Made by a program: the position numbers and the translations under genes | The notes under the pieces: model-generated | Told to the model about the DNA's origin: nothing | The model's input: only the letters and a program-made list of their open reading frames with translations | Database searches by the model: none | NCBI GenBank assembly: GCA_964019425.1 | Contig: OZ025780.1 | Span: 806,001-870,000 of the forward strand | Length of the DNA stretch: 64,000 nt | Reading direction: 5' to 3' | Source: Flectonema sp. DT1601 | Lineage: Eukaryota | In this document: positions 12,407 through 24,946 of the stretch, piece by piece | Layout: each line of letters opens with the position of its first letter | Position numbering within the stretch: the first letter of the stretch is position 1

Positions 12407-12546
12407 CACAGATCTATTTAGAATAATAATAAAAAAAGGAGTCTCTCCAGTCCAATGGCTGACTGTTCCGTTTCTCGCATTGGTTGGCTCTATCAGCTCA
12501 CTTCTATAATTGAATTGGTGTACACGTCATCTGATATTCGGTTGTT
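12404..12546 (+). pseudogene. Decayed, internally deleted duplicate of the downstream TMEM170-like gene
   Basis: Shares TTCACAGATCTAT, GACTGTTCC..TTCTCGCATT..ATCAGCTCACTTCTAT and ATTGGTGTACAC blocks with 12602-12920, in the same order but with deletions. Confidence 0.7.
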
Positions 12547-12625
12547 TTTTGGGGGTTTTGGTATTTTATTATTTTTTTTTTTTTTTATTATTTCATCTTC
12601 TCTTCACAGATCTATATTTAAAATA

Positions 12626-13006
12626 ATGGAAGAGGAAATACCCAAACCTAATGAAACGTATTCCTCATACCGTATGGAGCCTGTAACTCAGGTCAGTTTT
12701 GAGTTGACGGGTTTAACGATCATGATGTGTTCTGGAATCTATCTCTGCTTTGGATTGTGGTCTGTTCGAACTTTGATATTTACAAGAGCTGGTTTAGAAT
12801 TACGATGGTTGACTGTTCCTTTCGTTCTCGCATTAGTTGGTTCCATCAGCTCACTTCTATCAACATTTCCGATAGCATTGGCAATTGGATTGGTGTACAC
12901 TTCCTCTAATACGGTTGTTGGCGAATTACCTTATCTGAGTCTTGCAATTGCTTTATTAATTTTATTCTATTCTTTTGGTACAGTAAAACTGACCTATAGT
13001 ATGTAA
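12626..13006 (+). CDS. TMEM170-like small 3-TM membrane protein
   Basis: ATG at 12626 follows a TCTTCACAG acceptor. Three hydrophobic segments; GLWSVRTL and AIGLVYTSS resemble TMEM170 motifs. Confidence 0.6.
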   Translation: MEEEIPKPNETYSSYRMEPVTQVSFELTGLTIMMCSGIYLCFGLWSVRTLIFTRAGLELRWLTVPFVLALVGSISSLLSTFPIALAIGLVYTSSNTVVGELPYLSLAIALLILFYSFGTVKLTYSM

Positions 13007-13025
13007 ATTCTTGTTGTTGTTTGTT

Positions 13026-13110
13026 TACCGATTGTAGGTCGGAGAAAAATATTCAGATGAAAAGCTGATATTTTATTAACGAAATATGAGGCTAATCTGA
13101 AAGAAATTTC
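13026..13110 (+). mobile_element. Degenerate, internally deleted copy of the ~130-bp hairpin/inverted-repeat element
   Basis: CCGAT..GTCGGAGAAAAATATTCAGAT..AACGAAATATGAGGCTAATCTGAA aligns with both ends of 39368-39493. Confidence 0.6.
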
Positions 13111-14012
13111 TTCTAACTTTTGTTTTCCGCTTGCTCCTCTAAACTAGCCCCTTTTGTTTATGTTTTTAGCAACAATCCATACTAGATGAAAATTGTGTAT
13201 GAAAAGGTGGAGTAATACTACACTTACCGTTATTTGTTTTGTTTTGTTTATGCTCGGACCTCTTTTGATATGTAGTAGGGGGGTCTCTTTGTTTTCAAGC
13301 ACTATTTTTTAATAACTAGATGCATTGGTTTATTATGGAACAGCAGAACAATGTGTGTGTGTTTTTTTTTTATAGTGCACTTTTTTATAATAAGCTCATA
13401 TTCTAGCTGTATTGGTTTTCTTTTCTTGACATCAAACAGGTGGTCAAGTAGTAGTCAATTCTTTATCTGCGTATAATCAAACCATAAAAATTTATCAAAT
13501 TTGTTTTTTCTTTTTCTTTTTTTTTTAAAGTTCTTGTGTAGGAAGAACCTGGATCTTGTATTCAGGGAAGAACGTAACCTGAACAAAAGACCTTACTGCT
13601 GACCTCCTTTTTTATTATTATTATAACGACAAACGGAGGTTTGTGATTCTCTGGGATCAGCTTCTTCCAATTGTTTACTACTTTATGTACCTTACTGTAT
13701 CTTTGGGTTCTTTGTTTTCGTCTACATAATAGAATGGAAAAACAAAAAATTCATTTGTTATATTATATTATATTACTGTTATTTTCGTTACTTTTTTTTT
13801 TTTTTAATGCCGGGAGGAAACCTTTTTTCCCTATTTTTTTTAAAAAAATAGGGGGAAAAAAAAGAAGAAAAAATCTCCAATTTTTTTTTTTACTTACCTC
13901 TTTTTTTTATGATTTTATACAATTTTAGTTGAATTTTTTTTTTTTTTCCAGGTTGGGCAAGGGAAGGGAGGTGCAGGGACCATCAAACACAAATCCAAAA
14001 TCCCTCACAACA

Positions 14013-17000
14013 ATGCTCACTTTTAAAAATACGCTATCGACTGACAAGAGTAGTAAACGAATCCCATCAATCCATCAAAGAACAATGCTTCAATACGTTA
14101 TTGGAGTTGAAAAAGAAGGAATAGTCCTAGTTGCTAGATACGACTATGATTCATCGGGTGTGTACAGATCGTATATTGACACATACGACATGAGTAGTGG
14201 AAGTAATGAAGGAAGACAAGTTAGATTCAAGCAATCATCTGAAAGCGTTGAGAAAGAAGGAACTTTACGATTCTTATCAGCGAGTGTCAGTAAAGATAAA
14301 ACATTCTTAGCATGCACTGTTCAAAAAGATGGAAAGAGATGCGACAGCGCTGATCAAGACAGTTTCGGAGAATACGAATGCTGGCTCATGGGTCGTGGTC
14401 AACGATGCTATGTTCTAAAAGCAAGAGATCAAAAAGGTGGACATTCTCAGCAGTTCATTCGGGTTCAATTTCTCCATCTTGAAAAGACACCAAAACCATA
14501 TTACCTTTACATGGTCGATAAAGAAAGGATCGAACTTTACTCCTTACAACAATCTGATCGTAAAAAAGAAATAACAGGACAGTCGGAACGCGCATATGTA
14601 GTGGCAGAACAACATTTATGGAGTCAGTTTGTTTCTCATAATAATACTCTTTTTATTTTGTTCATGAATCAAAAAAAAGGATCTAAAAACGAACGTCCTG
14701 GGGCATCAGGAGTCTACGATTGTACAATAAAGTGTTATGGTTTTAAGGGTCCGGGAAGGAGGAGTGACCTGCTATTCGAATGTAATATGAGTATGCGGTT
14801 ATCAAATCAAATCTTTACTCAACCGACGGTGTATCGTCAGCAGTCATGGGCTAATGGAAGTGCGTCTCCTGATAAGCATCTCAGGCTTCAAATTGTTTCA
14901 CTAACAGAGAAGAAAGACCGCTCTCGAGTACTCGTCTTAGTACAGCAACACACCATAACTGATGATGTTACTATGAGACTTACTATGTATTGCTTGGTTA
15001 CAAAACATGTTATTAATTTATCAATTACTCCTGATCCGAATCTACCTCCTCTCCCACCCGGAACAACTGTTTTCGTCGGACCTCTAAAGCGAAGGATGAT
15101 AATAGTTTATTTACCTGGTTACTTTGCGTACTTGATTGATGTTCAACATAGAACAAGACCAAGTAGACTCTTATTAGGTGCTGCTGTACCACTTATGACT
15201 GTTTCACCACAAGAACAACTACAAGCTAACAGTGGTGATGGCGAACAGTTAACGATGCATGCGTTGGCTAAGTTAGAGCAGCCTGTTGATAGGAAATCTG
15301 GTGCTGAATTAAGAAAGTTACATAACAACAGCGGGAATGGTAACTACCAATCATTTGAAGACACTGCAGGAAGAACGAGTACTAATTGCAGTCCAATAGC
15401 TGAAGGAGAAGTCCTCCATGCGAGTATAATGGACAATAGTTCTCCTACTTCATCTGGTCCTCTTGATAGCAGTAGTCCTCCTGTAAATGGTGGTGGACAT
15501 GCATCTCCTCCACCTCAAGGAGGATACAGTCATGTTCCTCCCCCACCAGTTGCTGCTGCTGTTCCACCACTTCTCGGTTGTGTCGTTACTTCTCAAGGTC
15601 CTCATTTAATCGACTTTCACACTTGTTCATTCTACTCTTATGATCTAAACGAGTCTTTGTTAAAGACTTGGATGCTTGATCACGCCTCACCAGATGCTCT
15701 TCCTCCGTTGATGCATTTCCTTCTCGCTCACATGCCTGACATGTCTTCAATTGGGTTTACTCCAATTGGAATACTTAAAGGATTGGCAACTAACTCACCT
15801 GAATCAATTACTCCTGAATTGTTTAAGGAATATCTATTAGGTGCGAGTCATGCTAAATTAAAAGATGTTTACAGAGGAGATGCTGAAGGTCAAGAGCTGC
15901 TTGATTTAGTACCAAGAACAACTCTAACATCGACATCAGGAAGTCAACATCGTCAATATAGTGATGGTTGTAGGATAACTGTTACAAGGTTTCCAGGTAT
16001 AGTCCCAACTGTGGATAGAGTTCTTCAACTACCTGTTCCAATGTGTTGTGATGGTGGCGGTGAAATCCCTGCTGGATCTCAAGGACGATCTTCATACGCA
16101 AAGAGCGCTGGAGGTCACACTGACTTTGCTTCAAGTAGCGGAGGTGGATCATCTGGTTTCTTCTCTGTCTTGAAAGAAAGACTTAATTCATTCACATCAT
16201 ATCAAGTACCAAAACAAATGGGTACTCGCCAAGATAAACCTTACGGTGAAATGCAACACGATATGTTGAATGATAACCTCGCTGATCAAATGGCAAAAGG
16301 AGGTGCTCGAAGTGAATTGAAGCCAGGTGGTTATGAGAATGTTACACCTCAACTGTGGCCTGCTGTTCCAAGAGCAAGAGCAGCATCATTTGTTGATAAT
16401 TACATCAAAGAAGGTGTGACTAGAACTGTTGAACAACTTATTAGGGAACTACTCTCTTGCTTAGATCTGGAAACACGTTCGTTAGAAGCCTACAAGGTTC
16501 TATTCGCATTGACAACAGCCCTTGAGGACTTGTCATTCCCTCGACCAAGTACTCTCAATACCCAGTTTACTTGCGCTGCTTTTCGATCTCGCTCTCGAAG
16601 ATCGTTCTTACAGCTTGTCAATAGAGGTGCGATAATTCTTACAAGAGAACTTATTGATGACTTGAGGAGAGAGTCTAGCCTTGATAAGAAGTCAAATTAT
16701 GTATGTTGTGTTTTTTTTATATTTCAAGTGTTCTTATATTTAACAAAAAAAAAAAAAGAAAACATAAAAAACAGACTCCCAAACAAGATAAGGACTACTT
16801 CCTACAATTGGTACTATCACTACCGACAATGCAGCAGAGGATTGATATTGTTGAGGTTGACGGTACTTGTGAAGACTTTCTTCTTCAGTATCATCAATCA
16901 ATTATCAAAGACGCTGTCGGAACTGGAGGCAGCCAAGCTGCCGGTAACAGAAATTCAAGCAGCATGTTTGGAAACGCTGTCAAAGAAGAAGACGAGCCAA

Positions 17001-17385
17001 TTACGAACTTTGTTCCTTTCGAAACACTACGACCTGGGTATGTGTTTTTATTATTGTATTTATTTAGTTATTTTTAGAACGAAAAAAAAATGAAATCAAC
17101 ACAAAATACAGGTGGGAAGCTGCAGCTGATTCTCACGCCAGACTTTATCTAGAAGCACACGCAGCTGATTGGATTGCCCAAGCTCTGTCTCCACTTGTTA
17201 TCGTTAGAGATTCGAATAGAGAACCTTCTCCTGGTGTATTGAGTGGTGGTTTTACGGACACTACGTTTGAGAGTTTTAGTCCAAGTCCTGACAGAGAAGG
17301 CAGCACTATGACTCGGAGAACAATATCACAAGCACCGTCTAATAATGGAAGACATCCTTCACTACCAGCAAAGTCTGTTTACTAA
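14013..17385 (+). CDS. GSAP/pigeon (gamma-secretase-activating protein) family-like protein (3 exons)
   Basis: Motifs VIGVEKEG, ASVSKDKTFLA, RVQFL, AEQHLWSQF and LSFPRP..F..AF..FLQLV..G.IILT match GSAP N- and C-terminal blocks from memory. Introns 16701-16774 and 17038-17111; stop TAA at 17383-17385. Confidence 0.72.
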
Positions 17386-18182
17386 TTTAGTCACTGTAAA
17401 GTGTTGTACCACATGGATGGAAACTGTTTTACTGGTAGAGTGGCGAGTTGCAAAAAAAAAAGAATCCGGTTTTTTAAGTATCATATCGAGGATCACAATA
17501 AGACGATCACCCCTTTTCGTATTCTGGTTTTGGTATCCTTTTTGTTAGTTCGAATTACTTTTTTCACTTTTTTTTTTATTTTTAATATTCCTCTACGTTG
17601 TGTGACTTGAGAAGAAAACCTTTTTTTTTTTTTTTTTTTTTTTTTTTATTACCTTCTGAACCTGTAGGATAGCATTCCCTTCACGTGTGGTAGAGTTCAT
17701 GTCGAGAAAATGATAATTTTTTTTCTTCCACCTCCCCTTTTTTTTTTTTTTTTTTTTGATTCACTTTTTATCCGATGCTATGCTCAGTCGGTACTGTTTG
17801 GTACCTATCGAACTTGCTGGTACGACCAAAAAGTCAGACAGAGCCAATGGCTGATTAGAAACGCACCTGATGAGTGGGGTGTTTTAAAAAAAAAAAAAAA
17901 AAAGTTACAATTTTATGAAGAGGGAAAAAATAAATAAACAAATAAGAAAAAAATCAAACCGCGTGGCGTCCTGCTTGTGCCGTGTTCAACCTGTGCCGTA
18001 CCCGTAAACGGTTCTTGTTGGCTAATTATAAATATGAGAGGAATTCGCTTGTTAAATTATCATCTTCCGACAGCAAACACCAATAGCAGAGGATTTTTGT
18101 TTATATAAATTAAGAATGTCATTATTATTAATTATTATTTATATCATTTCAGCTCATCCGTATCATGTCTGCATAGCCTTCC

Positions 18183-19445
18183 ATGAGAAGTAAAAGTAAC
18201 ACTCAGCGAAGACGACAACAACAACACCAACATGTGAAGACTACTAAAGAATCAGTATCAATCATCGAAACAAAAGTTGGAAAAGCACCATCACTTCACT
18301 ACACACCTCTGAAGAAGAAATGTAATGGAAATATTGCTTTTTTTTCATCTCCGTTGGCGGGTTCAAGAGCTGAGGCAAGACATTTGTATGGAAGTGGAGT
18401 TCCAAAACTACCTGTCAGACTTCCTCCGATTGAAGGAGGAAATACTTCGAGTGAAGAGGTAGAGATTAAAGAATTCAGTTGCAGTCGATTGGAAGGAAGG
18501 AAACTTGTTTTAAGTGAAATTGACAAGTTTGACGGACAATTATCAAATATTCGTCAGGATCTTGCGGATGATGAAAATCAACTAGTCGCTCTCTTATTTG
18601 GTATTCAAAGATCAAGTTCAGAAACCTTATTGAGTAGATTAACACAGATCCAACCATCAGAATTATTAAAAAATGTTTCAGAGATGGGTCTGACTGGTGC
18701 AACACTTCAAAGAGAAGAGTTCGTCGGTCTTCTAAAAAAACTACTCGGTAGTAACATCCAATCTCGAGAAGTTGACTTAGTGTTTTCATTATTCGATTGC
18801 AATGACTCAAAGTCACTCGATCCTAGAGAGTTACAGGTCGGATTAAAATTACTATCTGGATCTAACACAACCGAACTTGTTATGAAAAGAATCCACACCA
18901 TCCTTTCGTTAAGTAAACAAACAGTTGTAAGTACACAATTCATTACTCGATTTGATATGCAACTTCTATTCAACGCTTTGAGTAGGTTTTGGTTAGTAGC
19001 TGAAGGAGTTGAAAAGAGTAAAGACTGCTGTGAGATATTAACATCGTTGTTGGATTCTTTTGAGTGGCATCAGGCAAAGATTCCAGCAGAGACTTTGAGA
19101 CAGAAAATATTCGCTGATGAAATGCTGACGAAATTATTTTGTGTGGCTGCTCCGATGAGGGATTCTTTTGAAGAGAATAACACGCCGTCATCTCCACCAG
19201 TGCAGATGACGGTGGCGCAGTCGTACTTTCTCAGTCGGACTCCTCAGCTTGTGCCGACTGATCGACCTCTGCGTGTTTCTAGAAATCTTCAGCCTATCAT
19301 AGCAACCCCTCCAACATCATCGCTTGTTCGACGACGTATCATCTCACCAATGTTTCAACCAATTCCTCCGAAGATCACAAGAAAGAAACCAGCCAGGAAA
19401 ACTCGAATAGCCGAAGTCCCTGCAGGTGAGTTCTTAGAGAAATGA
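18183..19445 (+). CDS. EF-hand domain protein
   Basis: 420-aa ORF with a canonical EF-hand, VFSLFDCNDSKSLDPREL. Confidence 0.75.
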   Translation: MRSKSNTQRRRQQQHQHVKTTKESVSIIETKVGKAPSLHYTPLKKKCNGNIAFFSSPLAGSRAEARHLYGSGVPKLPVRLPPIEGGNTSSEEVEIKEFSCSRLEGRKLVLSEIDKFDGQLSNIRQDLADDENQLVALLFGIQRSSSETLLSRLTQIQPSELLKNVSEMGLTGATLQREEFVGLLKKLLGSNIQSREVDLVFSLFDCNDSKSLDPRELQVGLKLLSGSNTTELVMKRIHTILSLSKQTVVSTQFITRFDMQLLFNALSRFWLVAEGVEKSKDCCEILTSLLDSFEWHQAKIPAETLRQKIFADEMLTKLFCVAAPMRDSFEENNTPSSPPVQMTVAQSYFLSRTPQLVPTDRPLRVSRNLQPIIATPPTSSLVRRRIISPMFQPIPPKITRKKPARKTRIAEVPAGEFLEK

Positions 19446-20285
19446 GACTGCGGAGTTTGTTGTTATGTTTTAATTTTATTTTATTATTTGATGTTGTTGA
19501 TATTTATTATTCAAGGAGGTCGGACTTGTGACGACCTCTCGGCATCTCTCCCCTTCTTGGTATACAAGATTCGTGTAGAATGTATTATCGATTCAGTTAA
19601 TTCAGGTCCTCTTCACTTACTGCCTAACACTGGGCAAGTGGTATTCTGACGGACATTTGAGTTTTTTTTTTTTTTTTTTTTTTTCGAATTACTCACATGA
19701 TTTATGTTCTAAGTTAATCAGTAGTTAACTAGTTTCCAGTCAGTTTTTGCGTATTCCTTTTTGTTAATTGCAGATGGTGTTGTAGTTTAAGTTCCCAACC
19801 CAGACTAGCTCCCCGTCTGTTTTATTTTATTTTTTTTCTTTTCTTTCTGGTAATTTGTTTGTCTTTTTTTTAACCGAGGGAGTCGTAACTCTCCGCAACG
19901 AGAGTGGGCAAAAACACGAAAACGAAACGAGGAGATAGCGATTTCGATAACAAGTGAGATTTGTTGTGAATTTCTTTCCCCAAAAAGCAATCATTCTTTC
20001 AGCATTTCAGCTGACAGTTGAAGCAATCAACTTTCCGCAATCTCATTTAAAAGTATTTCCTCTTCACTATTGCTAGTTGGATTTCAGTTAGAAAATCTAA
20101 CTGAACAAACAAACACAACAAATATTAAGTAACGAACTGCACTCGGAGGTTGTTATTTCTGACTTTACGAAGGCGATCTTCACTTTTGTATTGCACAGCG
20201 TTTACTACTAATACTTTTTGTTTTGTGTCTTATTAGAAGTTTTTTTTTATGTTATTTTTAAATAAATTATATTAATTTCACAGTA

Positions 20286-20831
20286 ATGATAAGTAAGTTA
20301 TGGGGACAGGAACAACCCCCTCTGAGCAATGCGAAGACTTGCGGAAAGACCAGAACTCGAGTACTCAACGATAGAGTAAAAGAAACAAAAACAACAACAA
20401 TGGAATTTGTCAAGAAAGAACAACAGAGACGAAGAAGAAATAATATTATTGAGGGACTTGAGCTGTTTTATACTCCAAAAGAACGAGTAAAGATGACTAC
20501 GAGAGCTGATGTTGACTGCAATCGAAAAGTAGTAGCCCGTGAGATTGGAAGGGCCCCTCTCAAGAATTACAAAATAAAAAATGGAGTTGTCGAACACTCA
20601 ACTGTTGATAACAACTACAGCAGACCAAGGAGATATCTTCACATGTATAGTAGTGGTTCTACAGTACTGAGTAGGTCATTGTTAAATAACTCTTCACTTC
20701 CTCTTTATAGTTCATTCTCACCAGATAACGTGTTCTCATTGCCTCCGCTCCCACCCCTCACTCCTCCTCCTGGAATTGGGCAAGAATCTTCATTCAGGTC
20801 TCAACCAGAGAAGTTACCGAACGTTAATTGA
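20286..20831 (+). CDS. Hypothetical protein
   Basis: 181-aa ORF with ATG two bases after a TTTCACAG acceptor. No family recognised. Confidence 0.6.
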   Translation: MISKLWGQEQPPLSNAKTCGKTRTRVLNDRVKETKTTTMEFVKKEQQRRRRNNIIEGLELFYTPKERVKMTTRADVDCNRKVVAREIGRAPLKNYKIKNGVVEHSTVDNNYSRPRRYLHMYSSGSTVLSRSLLNNSSLPLYSSFSPDNVFSLPPLPPLTPPPGIGQESSFRSQPEKLPNVN

Positions 20832-21196
20832 GGAGCTTTACAAATTATAGCCTGCCTGTCAAAATGTATCAAACCTTATTATGATACAACTCCCTGTTGG
20901 TTAGAGTAACAACAAACCTGATTGATCCTGATAAATGGATCACATTGAGGTCTGCAGACGTCCACCAACAGTGTTACCCTTCATCATTTTCCTCGCTTCT
21001 CTCTAATCATCATTTCTGTGATTGATTTGCTTCCGATGTTGTTTTTTTTTTCCCTACATTTGCCAAAACAATTGTTACCTTCACTAGACTTGCTTATTTG
21101 TATAAGAAAAAGTATGGAAAAAAAAAAAAAAAAGAGTTTTTTAAAAAACACACAATTTGATTCTTTTAACAGGATACCCAATAAGACAACTAAAAC

Positions 21197-22387
21197 ATGA
21201 AGTGGGCAATACTAGCTGGATTACTGTCAGTGATATGTGTTTGTGAAGGAACAGTCGTAGAGTTACAGAGAGAGGACGCGACTACAGTTTGGAGTGTTCT
21301 ACGTCGAACCGATGCGATGTCACTAATAATGATTCATGACAGCACATCAGGAAAGTCTGTAAACCACAGAAAGATCTTCGAAGAAGCTTCTGAAAGTTTA
21401 GAATTATACGCCGACTGCTACGCACTCGACATCTCAAACAATGAAGTTTCTTGGATTGCCAACGCTTTGAATGTTAAAACTTCATCTCAGTTTATGTTAT
21501 TCGGATCCTCTCTAACTGCAATAAACTCAAAGGATGGTCTCAGCAGACCAGGTGGTGTCAAATACCCACAGACATTTGATGGATTAGTGTCAGGTGCTTC
21601 TTTAAAGACATGGCTTCAACAACGTATTCCAGAACCTAAAACTCTTGGAATGGTTAGTCTTACTGCTGAATCAACTACAGATATTGATGACTACATCGAG
21701 AAGCACAGCAATGATAAGTTTTTAGTTATCGTGACCGACAAAGATAAGGTTTCTCCGGTACTAAAAAGTCTTGTTCTTGCAGTAAATGGAGATGCGAAGA
21801 CTCTACTCGTCAAGATGGCTTCTGCAAAAGCAGCAAAACTAAAGAAACTACCTGCCATCACCAGATACGTTAACGGAGAAAGACGAGTGATGCCGTCAGA
21901 TAAAATCAACAGAAGTACCGTTGCGACGTTCATGGAAAAGGGTGACGTCCTTTCACAGATTTCTCAAACAGATTCTCAGGACATTAAAACCATTGTAAGA
22001 AAACATTTAAAACCTGTCACACAAATAGGAAGTCAACAAGAATGGGACGATGAGATTATGGACCCAAACAGAGGCGTTGTTTTAATTGCGTTCTTGGATG
22101 ACTCAGACTCTGCACACGACTCTTCCATCAAAACTTTGAGTGAGGTCGCTAAACAGAGAACTTCGTTAAAGTCAGTAAATTGGATATCAACGTCACAGTC
22201 CTACTCGTTACTTAACCACTTTGGTATCGAACAGGGAAGTATTCTATTCATTTCTAAGAAACATAATAAATGGACTCGTTTCACGGGTTCCTTCACAACA
22301 AAAGCAATTACTCGTTTTGTTGAAAAATCTGTCGCCAAAGGACAGGGTGCTAAGGATCTAAAAACGCTACCAGATTTCGGAAATTAA
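21197..22387 (+). CDS. Secreted/ER thioredoxin-fold (PDI-like) protein lacking CxxC
   Basis: Signal peptide MKWAILAGLLSVICVCEG, then apparent thioredoxin-like units (VVEL..LIMIHD..GKS..FEEA; FTGSFTTKAITRF). No CxxC motif. Confidence 0.65.
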   Translation: MKWAILAGLLSVICVCEGTVVELQREDATTVWSVLRRTDAMSLIMIHDSTSGKSVNHRKIFEEASESLELYADCYALDISNNEVSWIANALNVKTSSQFMLFGSSLTAINSKDGLSRPGGVKYPQTFDGLVSGASLKTWLQQRIPEPKTLGMVSLTAESTTDIDDYIEKHSNDKFLVIVTDKDKVSPVLKSLVLAVNGDAKTLLVKMASAKAAKLKKLPAITRYVNGERRVMPSDKINRSTVATFMEKGDVLSQISQTDSQDIKTIVRKHLKPVTQIGSQQEWDDEIMDPNRGVVLIAFLDDSDSAHDSSIKTLSEVAKQRTSLKSVNWISTSQSYSLLNHFGIEQGSILFISKKHNKWTRFTGSFTTKAITRFVEKSVAKGQGAKDLKTLPDFGN

Positions 22388-22847
22388 ATTTCTATGAAGT
22401 GACCCGATTGGAGAATTGTGAAGGCTACTACTAAGAGCTAAACAATATAAGACGAATTTTAAAAAAAAAAGAAGAAAAAAAATAAACAACGAAAAAAAAA
22501 AAAACAATGAAATTAAAAAAAAAAGAAAAAAAAGTGATGATAACAACAAAGTGACTTTAGCGTTTTACGACCTTCCTAAAGCCATTGAGTGGTGTGGAAT
22601 AAGAAAACTGTGTGCTTGTTATTGTTATCCTTATTGTTAGTCAGTCTATGCAAAAAAGATATATTAGGTTGTTGGAGGAGACCTTGCGCGCGAAGGGCAA
22701 AGTTCTGTAATGGTGCACGTTTGTGAAAGTCTTCGATCCCACGGGAAAGCTGCTATCCAAATGTTGTATTAATGTAGACGTAGCAATCTTTGTAGTCTCC
22801 GACATTTCTATTTTATATTTTAATAATAACAGAAACAGTAACACAAT

Positions 22848-23848
22848 ATGGGTGAAGAAACAACCATTGAAATCGGTACTACAGAAAATAAAAGTTCAGG
22901 ATGTCCTCAAAACTGGGCATTCGTAATGAGATTCTTAGGAGGTAGCGGAGCCCTAACTCTCGGAGTGGTCTCTTTCATGGATATGCTCACTCAATTGTTA
23001 AAACCAAATCGATTCTTTTTTGATCTTTTTATGATTGTTTTTTGTCTGTTTTCACTACTTGGAGAGTTCTGGAATACACAGTGTATGCAGGGATTCGGTT
23101 ACTCCCTCTTAAAACACACCTATTTTATAACGACTTATTTCGGAAGAGGTATTTGGTACATCTTCATTGGAACTTGCAATTTAGATGATTTTGGAGACAA
23201 ACCCTTCACCGTCATAGTCGGAATTTATATGATAAGCGTCGGTGTTATTATGTTGGGATTGGTGGTGTGTATGGGAAAACATCTTCCGAAATACAACCAT
23301 CCAGATCACATGAAAGCGAAGGACAAACCCAACGGTCAAGTTGATTCAAAAAACAAAAAGAAGAATGGAAAAGAAGGAGACGCGAATACTACTGAACAAC
23401 AAACTGATTCAGATCGCCTGGTGAATGAAGACGACTTAGATCCTTATGAAAAGCGACTGTTGGCTGAAGAACGTAGAAAACAACAAGAAAAAAACTCAAC
23501 TTATAAAATAGCGAATCCATTCGGAGAAGGAAATCCATACGCATCCGTCGCGTCAACTGTTGTGCGAAACGGAGACGCATCAGCTGTCGCACGTGCGGTA
23601 GTCAAAGGTGACAACACTACAGCAGCCTCTACCGTTGCGAAAAGTGTAGTTCTCGGTCCTCAAAGTAATCAGAAGCCATCAAACTATTCTTCTGAACCAG
23701 AACCAAAGAAAAAAGGTGACGATGATGATGATGAGGTTTGTGAAGCTGTTTTTTTTTTTTTTTTCCCGAACGTTACCTTCTCAAGAAAATAATTAAAATA
23801 ACAAAACAACAGCTTGAGAGACAATATGCCGCAATGTTTGCCCGATAA
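22848..23848 (+). CDS. COPI-associated/TVP15-like Golgi membrane protein (2 exons)
   Basis: Four TM segments with the family-like motif FITTYFGRGIWYIFIG. Intron 23736-23812; last exon LERQYAAMFAR-TAA. Confidence 0.72.
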
Positions 23849-24946
23849 ACACCAAAGAGGAGGTATTCTCAATATGCTTGTTGGGAATACGGAGTTTGCG
23901 CGACCTTAAATTAGATTTCCCAGCCCAAGGCTGCTGAAGCTGTCTTCTCTTTCGAACGAGAAACATAATCCCTAAAGGTGACCCCAAAGTTAATCCAAAA
24001 GGGACCCTAAAAGGGACATATGAAATGTATTCTTGAATAGTGGAGCAGTAATTGATCATTGTTTTTTTTTCCCATTTTTTTTTTTTTCCCCTTGTCCATC
24101 CCCTTTTTTTTTTTTTTCGGAAAAAAAAAATTCTAATTAATAATAAAAGTAAATACTGTTTTTTTTTGTTGATTCACTCATCCTCTCAGTCTAGGTCTCA
24201 CTGCTGATATATCTGTCATTTTGTTTTGTTTTGCAACACAAGTAAGTGTTTGGTAGCGTTGCATTGTTTTCTTTCACGCTGCGCGTGATCACTACTATTA
24301 TCAAGCTTTTTTTTTTTGTTGGTGCGTGAAAAAATCTCTAAAAAAGAGTTGTTTTAAAAAAAAAAAAATTTCCACCATTTCCTACTAAGCGTCCATCAAG
24401 TCAACAGTATCGTAGCAGAGTAGCTACAAAAATAATGTTTTTTGACGACGAAACGGCAAGTGAAAAAAAGGGGGAAAAACTACATTTTAATAAACTTAAG
24501 TCTGGTCTTCTTAGGATTTTTTTTTTTTTTTTTTTTTTTTGTGTTTACGAAAAACCCGTTTGACGTCTTGTATCGTTTAGAAGGCAATAAGGGTGCTTGT
24601 CACTCTGTTTGTCAGTTATTTTTATTGTTTTTTTTTTTGAAGCCTTACTAGGAGTTGTGACATTAACTAAAAAAAGTTGCTAATACTAACCCTCAGCTGT
24701 GTTTCGTTCAACTTTTTAGTTCTGAAGGATGTTCACCTGAAGTCTTTTCTATTTGTGTTTGTTTGTTTTACTTTAATATGACTGACCTGTTGATATGTCT
24801 TTTTTGATACCTTGTGGTCCTCTCAATTTCGTTGAGGGAAATTCAATCTTGTTCCTATGCTATTTTTTTTTTTTTTTTTTTGTATTTTTATATAAATTTG
24901 AAATTATCTTATTTCACATCATCAGTAAACCCGATTATATATAATA

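Noticed and set aside
13050..13107. Single-hairpin AGA-box (H/ACA-like) snoRNA
   Set aside because: The hairpin is explained by the inverted repeats of the dispersed element, and the AGA is not kept in the other copies.
17855..17885. Hammerhead-like CTGATGAG core
   Set aside because: No stem II plus GAAA in the required order.
23969..24017. CCCTAA-containing ~12-bp degenerate repeats
   Set aside because: Only about four imperfect units; not a telomeric array or CRISPR.
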